A stretch of 64,000 nt of DNA from Dissulfuribacterales bacterium (GCA_041287365.1 JBEULL010000033.1:84535-148534), one strand, 5' to 3'. Numbered from the stretch's first letter, positions 37,826 to 49,146 are shown. Numbers and translations: made by a program. The notes: generated from the letters alone by a model not told the origin.

Positions 37826-38437
37826 TCAGTGGCGTGGGCACAGGTGTGTTTGCAATGAATTCTCAAGTGCTTGAGGCATTCCACAGACCCAATGGGCTGC
37901 ACTCAACAGATCCTCGGCCACATAGCCTATTTTTTGACGTTGATCTGCCAATAAAGCATTCCAAGTTTTTGCGCCGTGCCCTGTGAGCACCAGAACAGGG
38001 ACCGCCCCCACATTCACTGCAAGCTCCATGTCCCGCCAGGTATCACCCACCACAACACTCATCTCCGGATTCAAACCCAATTCCTCACATGCCTTCGTTA
38101 CAAGACCAGTACCAGGCTTTCTGCAATCACAGACCATCTGATATGGGGACCGGCCTTCTGTGGGATGATGTGGACAATAGTACCAACCAGCCACCTTCGC
38201 GCCGAAAACAGCAAGTATGCGCTCTAATTCCCGATGAATGGCCTGCACATGCACTTCCTCAAAAAATCCCCTGGCCACTCCTGATTGATTGGTCACCACC
38301 ACCACCTTAAAACCACATCTGTTAAGCATGGCGATGGCCTCTCCGGCGCCAGGAATGAGCCGAAGGTCATGCACGGACGAGAGATAGCCGACCTCTTCGT
38401 TTATGACACCGTCTCTGTCCAAAAAGACTACCTTCAT
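37826..38437 (-). CDS. gmhB: D-glycero-D-manno-heptose 1,7-bisphosphate phosphatase (HAD)
   Basis: FLDRDGVIN HAD motif I, VVTNQSG, and the Zn-site motif CPHHP...CDCRKPGTG. Start taken at the ATG at 38437. Confidence 0.85.
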   Translation of the reverse strand: MKVVFLDRDGVINEEVGYLSSVHDLRLIPGAGEAIAMLNRCGFKVVVVTNQSGVARGFFEEVHVQAIHRELERILAVFGAKVAGWYYCPHHPTEGRSPYQMVCDCRKPGTGLVTKACEELGLNPEMSVVVGDTWRDMELAVNVGAVPVLVLTGHGAKTWNALLADQRQKIGYVAEDLLSAAHWVCGMPQALENSLQTHLCPRH

Positions 38438-38438
38438 T

Positions 38439-38849
38439 CTAAAACGGCACTTCCTCGTCCACAGGCGGAGGAGCTGCGTCCAAATCATATCCGAACTCGC
38501 CTCCACCGCTCCTGTCCCCTTTGGATTCCAACAAAACGAAATCATTGACCACCACCTCTGTCATAAAACGCTTGTTGCCTGACTGATCCGTCCAGGAACG
38601 GGTGCGAAGGGAGCCTTCCACATAGATCAGACTGCCTTTGTGCAGAAATTTACTCAACAGGTCCGCCGTCTGCCGCCATGCAACAACTCTATGCCAGTCC
38701 GTCTCCTCCTCCCACTGTTCATTCCGCTTGACACGACGATTTGTAGCCACATTGAATGTGCATACACCTGTACCGTCCTGTGTGTAGCGAATCTCGGGAT
38801 CTGCTCCGAGCCTGCCTATCAACATGACCTTGTTTAGACTGCGCGCCAT
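38439..38849 (-). CDS. ssb: Single-stranded DNA-binding protein
   Basis: NKVMLIGRLGADPEIRYT..G....F.VAT...W...E.TDWH.VV.W and the acidic tail DEEVPF. Confidence 0.93.
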   Translation of the reverse strand: MARSLNKVMLIGRLGADPEIRYTQDGTGVCTFNVATNRRVKRNEQWEEETDWHRVVAWRQTADLLSKFLHKGSLIYVEGSLRTRSWTDQSGNKRFMTEVVVNDFVLLESKGDRSGGGEFGYDLDAAPPPVDEEVPF

Positions 38850-38868
38850 AGGTTATCGTCTCCTTTCT

Positions 38869-39924
38869 CTAAACTGAAAACTTGAACTGCCCCTTGCCAA
38901 GCAGGTCATGGAGGTGGACTATACCCACAAGTCGGCCGTTTTCCACAACCGGCAATACGGTGATCAGATGTCTCTCCATGAGGGCCAAGGCATCAGCGGC
39001 CAGAGCGGAAGGAGGCACTGATTTGGGGGATTTGGTCATGAGACGCTCCACAGGCGTAAACAGAATATCACTCCCATGCAGCAACCCCCTGCGGATATCT
39101 CCGTCAGTAATGATGCCCACCAATTCGTCATTTTTATTCAATACCAGCACACACCCCAGCTTTCCTGTGTTCATGCGGCACAAAATCTCTTCAATATTCA
39201 ATCCAGTACGCACTTTTGGAATGGCATCACCTGTAAGCATCACCTCCCTGACCTGCAGACGCAGGGCTTCACCAAGGCTGCCTGCAGGGTGATTACGCCT
39301 AAAATCATGGGCGTCGAAGTTACGCAATTCCAACAGAACCACTGCAAGGGCATCTCCAACAGCCAGGGCTGCAGTGGTGCTGGCGGTAGGGGCCAACCCC
39401 AGGGAGCAGGCCTCTCTTTCCACGCCCACATCGATGACAGCATGGCTTTCACGGGCAAGCGTTGAATTCAGACCACCCGTCAGGGCGATTATGGATATAG
39501 AACGGGCCTTGAATATAGGCAAAAGCGAAATTAGTTCCTGAGTCTCGCCGCTGTTGGAGATGGCCAGAATACAGTCTTCCTGGCCCAACATGCCGAGATC
39601 ACCGTGCATGGCCTCCACAGGATGCAGAAAAACCGATGGGGTACCGGTGCTGGACAGGGTAGCTGATATCTTGCGGCCTATGAGCCCTGACTTGCCTATA
39701 CCAGTTACCACCAGTCTGCCTTTTGTATTGAGAATGAGTTGAACGGCCTTGCAGAATCCTGCATTTAAACGGCTTTTTACGCGATTGAGGGCGGCTATCT
39801 CTATATCTATGACCTTTTTGGCCCTATCTATCAATTGGGCATCAGTCAATCGATCACTTTGGTATCGATGCCCAATTTCTCCAATCCCTTCGCTCTGATC
39901 TATTTTCTTTTCTCCCGCACTCAT
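38869..39924 (-). CDS. kpsF: Arabinose-5-phosphate isomerase (SIS + tandem CBS), KpsF/GutQ family
   Basis: VVTGIGKSG, AISNSGET and two CBS repeats at the C-terminus. Its start overlaps the purF stop as ATGA. Confidence 0.88.
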   Translation of the reverse strand: MSAGEKKIDQSEGIGEIGHRYQSDRLTDAQLIDRAKKVIDIEIAALNRVKSRLNAGFCKAVQLILNTKGRLVVTGIGKSGLIGRKISATLSSTGTPSVFLHPVEAMHGDLGMLGQEDCILAISNSGETQELISLLPIFKARSISIIALTGGLNSTLARESHAVIDVGVEREACSLGLAPTASTTAALAVGDALAVVLLELRNFDAHDFRRNHPAGSLGEALRLQVREVMLTGDAIPKVRTGLNIEEILCRMNTGKLGCVLVLNKNDELVGIITDGDIRRGLLHGSDILFTPVERLMTKSPKSVPPSALAADALALMERHLITVLPVVENGRLVGIVHLHDLLGKGQFKFSV

Positions 39925-41339
39925 TTGCTTTCCAACTGAAACTTGCCCCTGAAATCCTCGCTCTCCACAGGATAATTGCCGTCAAAACAGGCCATGCAGA
40001 AACGGCTTCCATCTCCTCCAGCGGCCTTGAGCATTGCCTCTATGCTCAAATAATGAAGACCGTCCAATTCCAAAAATTGACGTATTTCCTCTACGGAGTT
40101 CTTCGATGCAATGAGTTCTCCCTTAGTAGAAAAATCTATGCCGTAAAAACACGGAAAGCGCGTGGGTGGACAACTCACCAGCATGGAAACCTCTTTTGCA
40201 CCTGCACTCCGAATGGCGCGCACACGTGTGCGAGAGGTGGTGCCTCTAATGATGGAATCCTCCACAATGATGACCCGTTTGCCCCGCAGCATCTCCTTTA
40301 CAGGATTGAGCTTTACGCGCACGGAAAAATCCCTCATGCTCTGACTGGGCTGAATGAATGTGCGGCCCACGTAATGATTGCGTATCACCGCCAATTCCAA
40401 TGGAATATTCGCTGCCTGAGCAAAACCCAGGGCGGCATAGTTGCCTGAATCAGGGAAAGGCATAACAAAATCCGCATCCATGTTTACCTCATCGGCAAGG
40501 GCCCTTCCGAGTGCCTTACGAAAGAGATAGACGTTCTGGCCGAATATACGGCTGTCAGGCCTGGCAAAATAGATGAATTCAAAGATGCAGTGCCGAGTCT
40601 GTGCATGGGCTACAGCCTGAAAGGAACGAAGACCGTTTGCATCTATAACAACTATCTCTCCAGGCGCCACATCCCGAATATACTCTGCCTCAACCAAATC
40701 CAATGCGCAGGTCTCAGAGGCCAACACATAAGAACCATTCAATCTTCCGATACATAATGGTCTGAAACCATATGGGTCTCTAAAGCCTATCAGGCTGGCC
40801 TCCGTAGCTATGAGCACAGCGTATGCCCCTTTGACCACGCTCATGGCATGGGCGATGGCCTCTTCCATACCACGTGACCGGGCCTTGGCTATGAGATGCA
40901 CCAGAATCTCGCTGTCCATGGTGGTCTGAAATATGGAACCATTTTCCTCGAGGCTGGAACGAATGGCCGCTGCATTCACCAGATTGCCGTTATGGGCAAG
41001 GGCAATGGAACAGCCGGCATGTTTTACGCAGAATGGCTGGGCGTTCTGCAGCACAGAAGAACCTGTGGTGGAATAGCGCACATGGCCTACGGCCAGATGG
41101 CCGTGAAGCCGGCTCAAGACCGCCTCGTTGAACACATCGTGCACCAGGCCCATTCCCTTATGCTCACGAACGTGCCTTCCGTCCGAGCTTACTATGCCCG
41201 CACTCTCCTGACCGCGATGCTGAAGGGCGTAAAGACCAAAATATGTGAGTTTTGCGGCGTCCTCATGGCCATAAATACCGAAGATGCCGCATTCCTCCCT
41301 CAGAGTGGATGGAAGCAGTATTGGAGATGAATCAAACAT
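39921..41339 (-). CDS. purF: Amidophosphoribosyltransferase
   Basis: N-terminal nucleophile region [16 protein letters not shown] and the PRPP motif [14 protein letters not shown]-terminal Cys residues are consistent with the Fe-S type. Confidence 0.93.
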   Translation of the reverse strand: MFDSSPILLPSTLREECGIFGIYGHEDAAKLTYFGLYALQHRGQESAGIVSSDGRHVREHKGMGLVHDVFNEAVLSRLHGHLAVGHVRYSTTGSSVLQNAQPFCVKHAGCSIALAHNGNLVNAAAIRSSLEENGSIFQTTMDSEILVHLIAKARSRGMEEAIAHAMSVVKGAYAVLIATEASLIGFRDPYGFRPLCIGRLNGSYVLASETCALDLVEAEYIRDVAPGEIVVIDANGLRSFQAVAHAQTRHCIFEFIYFARPDSRIFGQNVYLFRKALGRALADEVNMDADFVMPFPDSGNYAALGFAQAANIPLELAVIRNHYVGRTFIQPSQSMRDFSVRVKLNPVKEMLRGKRVIIVEDSIIRGTTSRTRVRAIRSAGAKEVSMLVSCPPTRFPCFYGIDFSTKGELIASKNSVEEIRQFLELDGLHYLSIEAMLKAAGGDGSRFCMACFDGNYPVESEDFRGKFQLESK

Positions 41340-44300
41340 AGTAATCCTGAAGCGCTGCCACGTTTAGCGCCTCTTTTTTAAGGGCGTCTATGGCCTCTAC
41401 CGCGGCCAATGCCCCTGCAACCGTGGTGAAATATGGCAATTCATACTCCAGGGCGGTTCGGCGCAGATAATAGGAATCGGAATGCGTCTTTTTGCCACTT
41501 GGAGTGTTGATGACAAGGGCGATCTGGTTGTTTTTGATGAGATCCACGATATTGGGCCTGCCTTGAGATATCTTCATGACCTCTCCGCTTTTGACTCCAT
41601 GGGCGTTCAGATAATTGGCGGTGCCGTCTGTAGCCACTAGTTCAAAACCCATTTCCTCCAACCTCCTGGCCACTGGCAAAATGGCTGCCTTGTCACCAGG
41701 GCGAATGCTCAAAAACACTCGGCCTGAAAGAGGCAGGTTCAGACCTGCAGCCAGCTGGCTCTTGGCATAGGCCATACCGAAGGTTCTGTCTATACCCATG
41801 ACCTCACCCGTGGACTTCATCTCTGGGCCCAGGACGATATCCACACCTGGGAATCGCTTGAACGGAAAGACCGCCTCCTTGACCGCAACGTAATTCATGG
41901 TCTTTTCAGAAGTCAGGCCCAACTCCGTCAGTTTTTTACCAAGCATGACCTTTGTAGCCAGTTTGGCTAGGGGTACACCCGTCACCTTGCTCACAAACGG
42001 CACTGTACGGGATGCCCTGGGATTCACCTCCAGCACATAGAGCCTGCCGTCCTTCACAGCATATTGCACATTCATGAGGCCGATGACGTTCAATTCCCTT
42101 GCCATGGCACGAGTGGCCTCTCGAATCTCGTTTAACAGCCTCTGACTCAGGCTTTTGGCCGGCAGTACGCAGGCCGAATCGCCGGAATGAATGCCTGCCT
42201 CCTCGATGTGCTCCATGATACCGCCTATCACGGTCATCTCACCGTCTGAAATGGCGTCCACGTCTATCTCTATGGCGTCCTGCAGAAATTTATCGATGAG
42301 CACCGGATGGCCTTCAGAGACCTGCACCGCCTCCTCCATAAAGGAACGGATGCCGTCTTCGTCATACACGATGCGCATGGCCCTGCCTCCCAGCACATAG
42401 GAAGGCCGCACCACCACTGGATAGCCGATCTCCTTGGCCACCATCAGGGCCTCATCCAGACCTCTGGCAGTGCCGTTTTCGGGTTGCACCAGTTCCAGTT
42501 TTTTGAGCATTTGCTGAAAACTCTTTCTATCCTCGGCCTTGTCGATGTTTTCAGGACTTGTGCCCAGAATGGTCACTCCCGCCTGAGCCAAAGGCACAGC
42601 CAGATTCAAAGGGGTCTGACCGCCGAACTGTACGATCACACCCGCAGGCCGCTCTGTCTGTATTATGTGCATGACATCTTCAAAGGTGAGGGGCTCGAAA
42701 TAGAGCTTGTCAGAGGTATCGTAGTCAGTGGAGACCGTCTCCGGATTGGAATTCACCATGATGCTCTCAACCCCTTCTTCCCGCAGGGCAAATGAGGCAT
42801 GGACGCAGCAATAATCGAACTCGATACCCTGACCTATGCGATTGGGCCCTCCGCCTAAAATCATGACCTTCTTTTTATTCGACGGTCTGGCCTCGTTTTC
42901 CAATTCATAGGTGGAGTAATAATAGGGAGTATATGCCTCGAACTCCGCAGCGCAGGTATCCACCAGTTTGTAAACCGGCTCTATGGCCAACTCGTTTCGC
43001 AGCCGTGTAACCTCAGAGAGGTCGATTCCAGCGGTATGCGCAATTTGAACATCTGAAAAACCTTCGCGCTTGTAATGCCTCAATCTCCTTCCATTCTCAG
43101 CGGCAAGGCCATTCAGCGTCTCATCGGACAGCTGCCGCCCATTCTTTACAATCATGGCTATCTGGTTCAAAAACCAGGGGTCTATACCGGTTATACCATA
43201 TATTTCATCTATCCCCATACCCATTTCCATGGCAAGGGGAATGTAAAAGATACGCTGGGAATTGGGCTCACGAAGTTTCTTGATCACTGTGTCAGCATCG
43301 GGCAGCACCCCTGCCTTTTCCCACGGACTACGGCCATCGAAACCCAGACCGAACCGCCCTATCTCCAGGGAACGCAGACCTTTTTGCAGGGCCTCTCGAA
43401 AGGTGCGACCTATTGCCATGGTCTCACCCACGCTCTTCATGGAGGTGGTGAGCAGGTCTTGAGCATCCTGAAACTTCTCAAAGGTCCAGCGGGGTATCTT
43501 CACCACGCAATAATCGATGGTGGGCTCAAAGGATGCCATGGTCTCTCGCGTGATATCGTTGGGTATCTCATCCAGCGTGTAACCCACGGCCAGCTTTGCA
43601 GCGATCTTGGCAATGGGGAAACCCGTTGCCTTGGAGGCCAGGGCCGATGAACGGGACACACGAGGATTCATCTCTATGACCACCATGTCGCCGTTTCGAG
43701 GATTGATCGCAAACTGCACGTTGGAACCACCGGTCTCCACGCCTATCTCACGCATGATGGCGATGGAGGCGTCGCGCAACAGCTGATACTCACGATCGCT
43801 CAGAGTCTGAATAGGGGCCACGGTGATACTGTCACCTGTGTGCACACCCATGGGGTCTATGTTTTCGATGCCGCAGATGATGACTACATTGTCCTTTTTA
43901 TCCCGCATCACCTCCAGCTCAAATTCCTTCCAGCCTATGACCGACTCCTCCAGCATGACCTCATGAATCATGCTGAGCTCCAGCCCACGAGAACAGATGG
44001 CCTCCAGCTCCTCTCGATTGTAGGCAATGCCGCCTCCTGTACCGCCTAACGTGAAGCTCGGCCGCACGATGACAGGGAAGCCTATTTCGTGAGCCGATGC
44101 CAGCGCAGCATCGAGACTGCGAACGATCACACTCTTAGGCACACGCAGACCGATGCGCTTCATAGCATTTCGAAACAGCTCACGATCCTCGGCCTTGTGT
44201 ATAACCTCTCGATTGGCCCCAAGCATCTCTATCCCCAACCGTTCCAGCACACCTTCGTCCGCCAGCCTTACCGCGGTATTGAGCCCTGTCTGGCCACCCA

Positions 44301-44568
44301 GAGTAGGCAAAATGGCATCGGGCCGCTCCTTTTTCAGAATCTTCGCCACCACCTCCGGCGTAATGGGCTCAACATAGGTACGCTCGGCCATATCGGGGTC
44401 GGTCATGATGGTGGCCGGATTGGAATTTACCAGCACCACCTCGTAGCCATCTTCTCTCAAGGCCTTGCATGCCTGTGTCCCCGAATAGTCGAACTCACAG
44501 GCCTGTCCTATGACAATGGGCCCTGAGCCTATGATCAATATCTTCTTTATATCATTGCGTCTTGGCAT
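41332..44568 (-). CDS. carB: Carbamoyl-phosphate synthase large subunit
   Basis: 1078 aa with duplicated ATP-grasp halves. [24 protein letters not shown] and [23 protein letters not shown]. Confidence 0.97.
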   Translation of the reverse strand: MPRRNDIKKILIIGSGPIVIGQACEFDYSGTQACKALREDGYEVVLVNSNPATIMTDPDMAERTYVEPITPEVVAKILKKERPDAILPTLGGQTGLNTAVRLADEGVLERLGIEMLGANREVIHKAEDRELFRNAMKRIGLRVPKSVIVRSLDAALASAHEIGFPVIVRPSFTLGGTGGGIAYNREELEAICSRGLELSMIHEVMLEESVIGWKEFELEVMRDKKDNVVIICGIENIDPMGVHTGDSITVAPIQTLSDREYQLLRDASIAIMREIGVETGGSNVQFAINPRNGDMVVIEMNPRVSRSSALASKATGFPIAKIAAKLAVGYTLDEIPNDITRETMASFEPTIDYCVVKIPRWTFEKFQDAQDLLTTSMKSVGETMAIGRTFREALQKGLRSLEIGRFGLGFDGRSPWEKAGVLPDADTVIKKLREPNSQRIFYIPLAMEMGMGIDEIYGITGIDPWFLNQIAMIVKNGRQLSDETLNGLAAENGRRLRHYKREGFSDVQIAHTAGIDLSEVTRLRNELAIEPVYKLVDTCAAEFEAYTPYYYSTYELENEARPSNKKKVMILGGGPNRIGQGIEFDYCCVHASFALREEGVESIMVNSNPETVSTDYDTSDKLYFEPLTFEDVMHIIQTERPAGVIVQFGGQTPLNLAVPLAQAGVTILGTSPENIDKAEDRKSFQQMLKKLELVQPENGTARGLDEALMVAKEIGYPVVVRPSYVLGGRAMRIVYDEDGIRSFMEEAVQVSEGHPVLIDKFLQDAIEIDVDAISDGEMTVIGGIMEHIEEAGIHSGDSACVLPAKSLSQRLLNEIREATRAMARELNVIGLMNVQYAVKDGRLYVLEVNPRASRTVPFVSKVTGVPLAKLATKVMLGKKLTELGLTSEKTMNYVAVKEAVFPFKRFPGVDIVLGPEMKSTGEVMGIDRTFGMAYAKSQLAAGLNLPLSGRVFLSIRPGDKAAILPVARRLEEMGFELVATDGTANYLNAHGVKSGEVMKISQGRPNIVDLIKNNQIALVINTPSGKKTHSDSYYLRRTALEYELPYFTTVAGALAAVEAIDALKKEALNVAALQDYYV

Positions 44569-44616
44569 ATATTTCCCATTGGTAGAGGCGAATGTTCATT
44601 CCCCTACACCACATTT

Positions 44617-45735
44617 TTATCTTCGAGTTTCGGCCATGAGGCATATGAAACGATGGAACAGGTATTCGGAATCATGCGGCCCCGGCGCATTCTCCGGATG
44701 GTATTGGACGCAAAAAACCGGCTCGCTTTTCAGCCTGAATCCCTCCACGGTGCCGTCGTTCAGATTGACATGCGTCACCTCGGCATCCGGCGGAAGGGAA
44801 TCAGCGTCCACCGCAAATCCATGATTTTGAGAGGTAATCTCTATTTTACCTGTTTTCAGGTCTTTGACCGGCTGATTGGCCCCTCTGTGCCCGAACTTGA
44901 GTTTGTATGTCCTGCCTCCCACTGCCTGACCCAGCACCTGATTGCCGAGACAGATGCCAAATATGGGCAGTTTGCCGATCAAGTTGCGCACAGTTCTCAC
45001 AATACCAGTAAGGGCCGCCGGATCGCCAGGGCCATTGGAGAGAAAGATGCCATCAGGATTACAGGACAGCATCTCATCGGCGGATGCAAAACACGGAAAA
45101 ACCACGCACTCACACCCCTTTTGCGTCAACAACCTCAACTGATTGAACTTGAGGCCGCAGTCCAGAACCGCCACTCTGAGTCTTTCGGTTTTGGGAGTCA
45201 GACAGGAAATATCCACAGGCTCAGGGGCATTGCTCCAGCTGTAGGGTCTTTCAACGGTCACTTCCCTCACCAGGTCCCTACCCACCAGACCAGGCGATTC
45301 CTTGGCCTTTTTTATCAGGGAATCAGGGTTCAGATCCTCGGTGGAGATCACGGCCTTCATAGCGCCTGCCAGACGTATGTGCCGAGTGATGGCGCGAGTA
45401 TCCACTTGATGAATGCCTGGAACACCCTGACTCTTCAGGTATTCTGCAAGGGAACCGGTTGCCCGCCAGTTACTGTAACACTCCTGGTACTCACGTACCA
45501 CAAAGGCGGAGACATGTATTTGCGAAGACTCGTCGTCCTCTGCATTGATTCCATAATTACCCATAAGGGGATAGGTCATGGTGACCATCTGCCCCTTGTA
45601 CGAAGGGTCTGTGAGTATCTCCTGATAACCGGTCATGCCGGTATTGAAAACCATCTCACCAGCCACTTCGCAGGGGCCGGTAAAGGATTCCCCTTCGAAT
45701 ATCCTGCCGTCTTCAAACGCTATAATGGCCTTCAT
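44617..45735 (-). CDS. carA: Carbamoyl-phosphate synthase small (glutaminase) subunit
   Basis: FNTGMTGYQE and the GATase triad region GICLGNQ...QYHPE. Confidence 0.95.
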   Translation of the reverse strand: MKAIIAFEDGRIFEGESFTGPCEVAGEMVFNTGMTGYQEILTDPSYKGQMVTMTYPLMGNYGINAEDDESSQIHVSAFVVREYQECYSNWRATGSLAEYLKSQGVPGIHQVDTRAITRHIRLAGAMKAVISTEDLNPDSLIKKAKESPGLVGRDLVREVTVERPYSWSNAPEPVDISCLTPKTERLRVAVLDCGLKFNQLRLLTQKGCECVVFPCFASADEMLSCNPDGIFLSNGPGDPAALTGIVRTVRNLIGKLPIFGICLGNQVLGQAVGGRTYKLKFGHRGANQPVKDLKTGKIEITSQNHGFAVDADSLPPDAEVTHVNLNDGTVEGFRLKSEPVFCVQYHPENAPGPHDSEYLFHRFICLMAETRR

Positions 45736-45761
45736 TAACTGTCCTTAAATCTCAAATGATG

Positions 45762-46853
45762 TCAAGAAGATATAAACTCTTCCATGGCCAGATACGCCTC
45801 GTGATCCGTCATCTGAACCGGTGGATGTTTCATGAAATATGCAGAAGGTGGAAGCACATAGCCTCCAATACCCCGCATGAGGGCGAGCTTGCAACAACGG
45901 ATGGCATCTATGGCCACGCCTGCGGAATTCGGCGAGTCCTCCACCGAAAGCCGCAGTTCCAGATTCATGGGCACATCTCCGAAAAGACGGCCCTCCATAC
46001 GAATGAAGGCGACCTTGTTGTCCTTTTGCCACGGCACATAATCGCTGGGACCAATATGTATATTTTCAGAAGCAAGGTTCACTGGCAGCATGGCCTGTAC
46101 GGCCTCTGTCTTGGAAAGCTTTTTTGAGGCCAGCCTGTGTCTGTTCAACATATTTAGAAAATCCGTGTTACCACCGATATTGAGCTGGTATGTCCTGTCC
46201 AGATGCACACCGCGCTTCATGAAGAGATCGGTGAGCACTCGATGAACGATGGTGGCTCCGATCTGGGATTTGATGTCATCGCCTATGATGGGCAGATTGC
46301 GTTCCTTGAACCGCTGCGCCCAATGGCTGTCGCTGGCCAGAAATACAGGGATGTTGTTCACCATGCCGAGCCCTGCCTCCAAGGCGCATTCCGCATAAAA
46401 ACGACTCGCCTCCTCCGAACCAACTGGCAGATAGTTCAACAGTATCTCGGCCCGGCTTTCCTTGAGCAACCTCACCACCTCCTCCTTGGAAGGCTCAGGC
46501 AGAGAAGCGGGCAAAAAGGTCTGCCCTTCTGGGTAATTGGCCATGTGCTCCGATACACCGTCCAAAATCCTGCCCATGCTCACCACAACACCCGTCTTGG
46601 GAATATCCCTGCAAAAAATCTGAGTGCAATTGGGCGGTGCAAATATGGCTTCAGCCAGTTCCAGACCGACCTTACGCCTGTCGATATCGAATGCGCAGAC
46701 AACTTGTATCTCGTATGGCTTGAAACCGCCTATCTCCCAATGCATAAGACCACTGGCATTCGAGGCTGTCTTGCTTCGATAATAATGAATGCCCTGAAAC
46801 AAAGCGCTGAAACAATTGCCTACACCCACCACCGCCACACGAATCCCCTGCAT
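45762..46853 (-). CDS. ino1: myo-Inositol-1-phosphate synthase (archaeal/bacterial short type)
   Basis: 363 aa. VAVVGVGNCFSALFQGIHYY, GDDIKSQIGATIVHR and NIGGNTDFLN are characteristic of the Ino1 family. Confidence 0.8.
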   Translation of the reverse strand: MQGIRVAVVGVGNCFSALFQGIHYYRSKTASNASGLMHWEIGGFKPYEIQVVCAFDIDRRKVGLELAEAIFAPPNCTQIFCRDIPKTGVVVSMGRILDGVSEHMANYPEGQTFLPASLPEPSKEEVVRLLKESRAEILLNYLPVGSEEASRFYAECALEAGLGMVNNIPVFLASDSHWAQRFKERNLPIIGDDIKSQIGATIVHRVLTDLFMKRGVHLDRTYQLNIGGNTDFLNMLNRHRLASKKLSKTEAVQAMLPVNLASENIHIGPSDYVPWQKDNKVAFIRMEGRLFGDVPMNLELRLSVEDSPNSAGVAIDAIRCCKLALMRGIGGYVLPPSAYFMKHPPVQMTDHEAYLAMEEFISS

Positions 46854-46877
46854 TTCTCCTTCTCCTTACAGAAATCG

Positions 46878-47093
46878 TTATTTTTTTTCAGGGCTGTCGT
46901 CTATTTCGAGCTTCAACTCAAAAAAACTGTGACCGCAGTCATAACATTTTACATCTATGATATCCTTGGAGCTGAAATAGACATAAATCTCATCACAGCC
47001 GCAATCACACTGATTATGCACGGAATTTTTTATCTCATGCTGAATGGACGGCCTGATGGATACAGGTATATCAGGGTCATATACAATCTTCAC
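46878..47093 (-). CDS. Small Cys-rich (zinc-ribbon-like) protein, 71 aa
   Basis: GTG start with GGAGG 7 nt upstream. CDCGC ... CYDCG pairs. Lies 24 nt upstream of ino1 on the same strand. Confidence 0.4.
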   Translation of the reverse strand: MKIVYDPDIPVSIRPSIQHEIKNSVHNQCDCGCDEIYVYFSSKDIIDVKCYDCGHSFFELKLEIDDSPEKK

Positions 47094-47408
47094 TATGTTT
47101 CCTCCTGTTGACTTGAACGGCTGTGCCCTTAGACAATAATATATTCTCTTAAGGCCTATAATTTGACCGACCGCTAATTTTAATCGCCAATGACCTTTGA
47201 TGTAAAGGCTTTTTCAACGATCTTGTCCGATTTATTTTGAAAAAATCGTCCATAAGAGCAAAACACGGTGTTCGGCTATTGGAGTGCAGGCACAGGGGTC
47301 TATCCCTACATACGGTAAAACTACCTCACATTCGGCCATCCAGTCAAAGGTAGGGGCGGCATATGCCATGCTAAGGGGCGATGAGAGCAAATCATCGATT
47401 GTCTGCGG

Positions 47409-48389
47409 TCATGGGTGTCTTATATTCCCTCCGCTCTTAAGAAAAAGGGCACGTTTATCTCCATCGGAAATTCGTGAATGCCAGTGGCCAGTCAGTTCAG
47501 CCCAGCCCCAAAAGGCCCAGATAACCGCCAGGACCGAAACGGCCACAACCCATGCCGGCACACGCCTGGCAGCCACATGAGCGCTCAGACAACCCTTCAC
47601 CGGACATACACCAACACATTCCATACAACCCTGACACTCCGGTGTTCGAATCTCTGCCTTGTCATGCACTGAAATGCATGAAGGACAGAGCCTGGAGCAT
47701 TTTTTACATTGAATGCAGGCAGCCTCGTCTCTTTTGACCTGCGTGGGTCCTGCCCATGCCAGAATGCCGAGCAATGCACCGTAAGGGCAGAAAAATCTAC
47801 ACCATGGATTGCGCACGATTATAGAAAACAACAACAGGGTCATCAATACTACCAGAGTGAGGGTAGAGGGATGCAGGAAAAATTGAAGCATCTTGATATC
47901 CACCAACAAATTATAGGGACTTGTGACAAAGGCATCTATGGCCTCTCGGTTCATCGCAATCAGAACCGCATACACGAAAAGGCCTAAAAGCAGATATTTT
48001 ACACCAGAAAGGGGTATAGTGAGCCATTTTGGCAGACAAAACGCCAGGTTCAGTCTTCTACCCATTTTTTCGCACAGATTGGAGAGAAAGCCCACGGGAC
48101 AGACCCAGCCACAGACACCTTTGCGAAAGAGCAGCGCCGCAAGCAGTACCGCCATAAAGATGACCAATCCTGCAGGGTGCACGACATCGAAATCACCGGT
48201 CAAAAACAGGTATTTCAGGCTTGTAAGGGCACCGATGGGCAAAAAGGCCTCCACTGAGGCAAGGGGACGCTCGTATTCATTTGACTGACCGCTGACCCAC
48301 AGGTAATATCCATAAAATACATAACCTGCATACAGAAAATACAGGGCGAATCCAGTCTGAATCACCAACCGCATTCTTTTTATGGTCAT
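47409..48389 (-). CDS. Membrane-bound polyferredoxin (NapH/MauN-like 4Fe-4S protein)
   Basis: Four or more hydrophobic helices, with CGWVCP and CRFFCPYG in the membrane part and two ferredoxin motifs (CIQCKKCSRLCP, CQGCMECVGVCP). Confidence 0.75.
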   Translation of the reverse strand: MTIKRMRLVIQTGFALYFLYAGYVFYGYYLWVSGQSNEYERPLASVEAFLPIGALTSLKYLFLTGDFDVVHPAGLVIFMAVLLAALLFRKGVCGWVCPVGFLSNLCEKMGRRLNLAFCLPKWLTIPLSGVKYLLLGLFVYAVLIAMNREAIDAFVTSPYNLLVDIKMLQFFLHPSTLTLVVLMTLLLFSIIVRNPWCRFFCPYGALLGILAWAGPTQVKRDEAACIQCKKCSRLCPSCISVHDKAEIRTPECQGCMECVGVCPVKGCLSAHVAARRVPAWVVAVSVLAVIWAFWGWAELTGHWHSRISDGDKRALFLKSGGNIRHP

Positions 48390-48546
48390 CTTTTGCCTCC
48401 GGTGTACTTTGATGGCTTTTATGACAGAAAAGGCCGAAAAAACAACTTTTAAGACTCTATTTCATAACATATCAGAAGGCCGAGACCATTCATTGACTCA
48501 AGTCAATAACTCTGAATGCAGACCGATAAAAAACGAAAAATATATT

Positions 48547-48687
48547 GGAAAGTCCCAAAAATTAGAAGTTTTGTTGAATAGCAAGGCGCGAGAAGGCGAA
48601 AAAGCGCAGCATACTCTTCGTATGTGAGCATTTTTCGCTGACAAGCAACGCAGCTATCAGGCAAAAGAACAATTTTTGGGATTTCCC
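48547..48687 (+). mobile_element. 141-bp MITE-like palindromic repeat, copy D
   Basis: The most diverged copy, with about 8 differences from A of which 7 are in the left half. Flanked by TATT/TATT. Ends 81 nt upstream of cheY. Confidence 0.8.
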
Positions 48688-48768
48688 TATTTTCTTTTGA
48701 GTGCTATCTTGCTATAGTTACAAAAATTTATCATGTTAAATACTACCATAATCGTGGAGGAACGGCCT

Positions 48769-49146
48769 ATGAAGGCGTTGGTGGTCGACGATTCCCAATC
48801 AATGCGCAATATCGTCAAAAGCGGCCTGAAAGAGATGAACATCTTTACAGAGATCGTAGAGGCCGAAAACGGTCTTGTTGCCCTTAAAAAATTACAGGAA
48901 GAAGGCCCGTTCGACATAGTCTTTCTGGACTGGTACATGCCTGAAATGGAAGGTTATGACTGTCTCGTCAACATTCGCCAGAACTCCAATTGGGATGACG
49001 TCAAGGTAATGATGGTCACTACAGAAAATCAGCAGGAAAACATCATTCGAGCCGTCATGGCCGGAGCCAACGAATATCTCATGAAGCCTTTCAACAGCGA
49101 GATGCTTCAGGAAAAGGTAAAAATGATGCTGGGGCTGGAAGAATGA
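48769..49146 (+). CDS. cheY: CheY-like single-domain response regulator
   Basis: MKALVVDDS...DIVFLDWYMPEMEG...KPF. GGAGG RBS. Its stop overlaps the cheB start (ATGA). Confidence 0.88.
   Translation: MKALVVDDSQSMRNIVKSGLKEMNIFTEIVEAENGLVALKKLQEEGPFDIVFLDWYMPEMEGYDCLVNIRQNSNWDDVKVMMVTTENQQENIIRAVMAGANEYLMKPFNSEMLQEKVKMMLGLEE

Noticed and set aside
44653-45738. A 361-aa plus-strand ORF covering the whole carA locus.
   Set aside because: It is antisense to an unmistakable carA (GATase triad and CPSase small-subunit motifs). Its translation is His/Arg/Gly-rich and motif-free, so it is a shadow ORF.
46203-47111. A 302-aa plus-strand ORF opposite ino1 and the Zn-ribbon ORF.
   Set aside because: It is antisense to a well-supported ino1. 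Its composition is low-complexity, it has no RBS, and it reads through an intergenic gap. It is a shadow ORF.
47290-47400. GGCACAGGGG... resembled the 5' part of a c-di-GMP-I (GEMM) riboswitch.
   Set aside because: The second conserved half (ACGCAAAGC...CCGG) and the tetraloop/receptor pattern are absent. The orientation relative to the downstream operon is also wrong.
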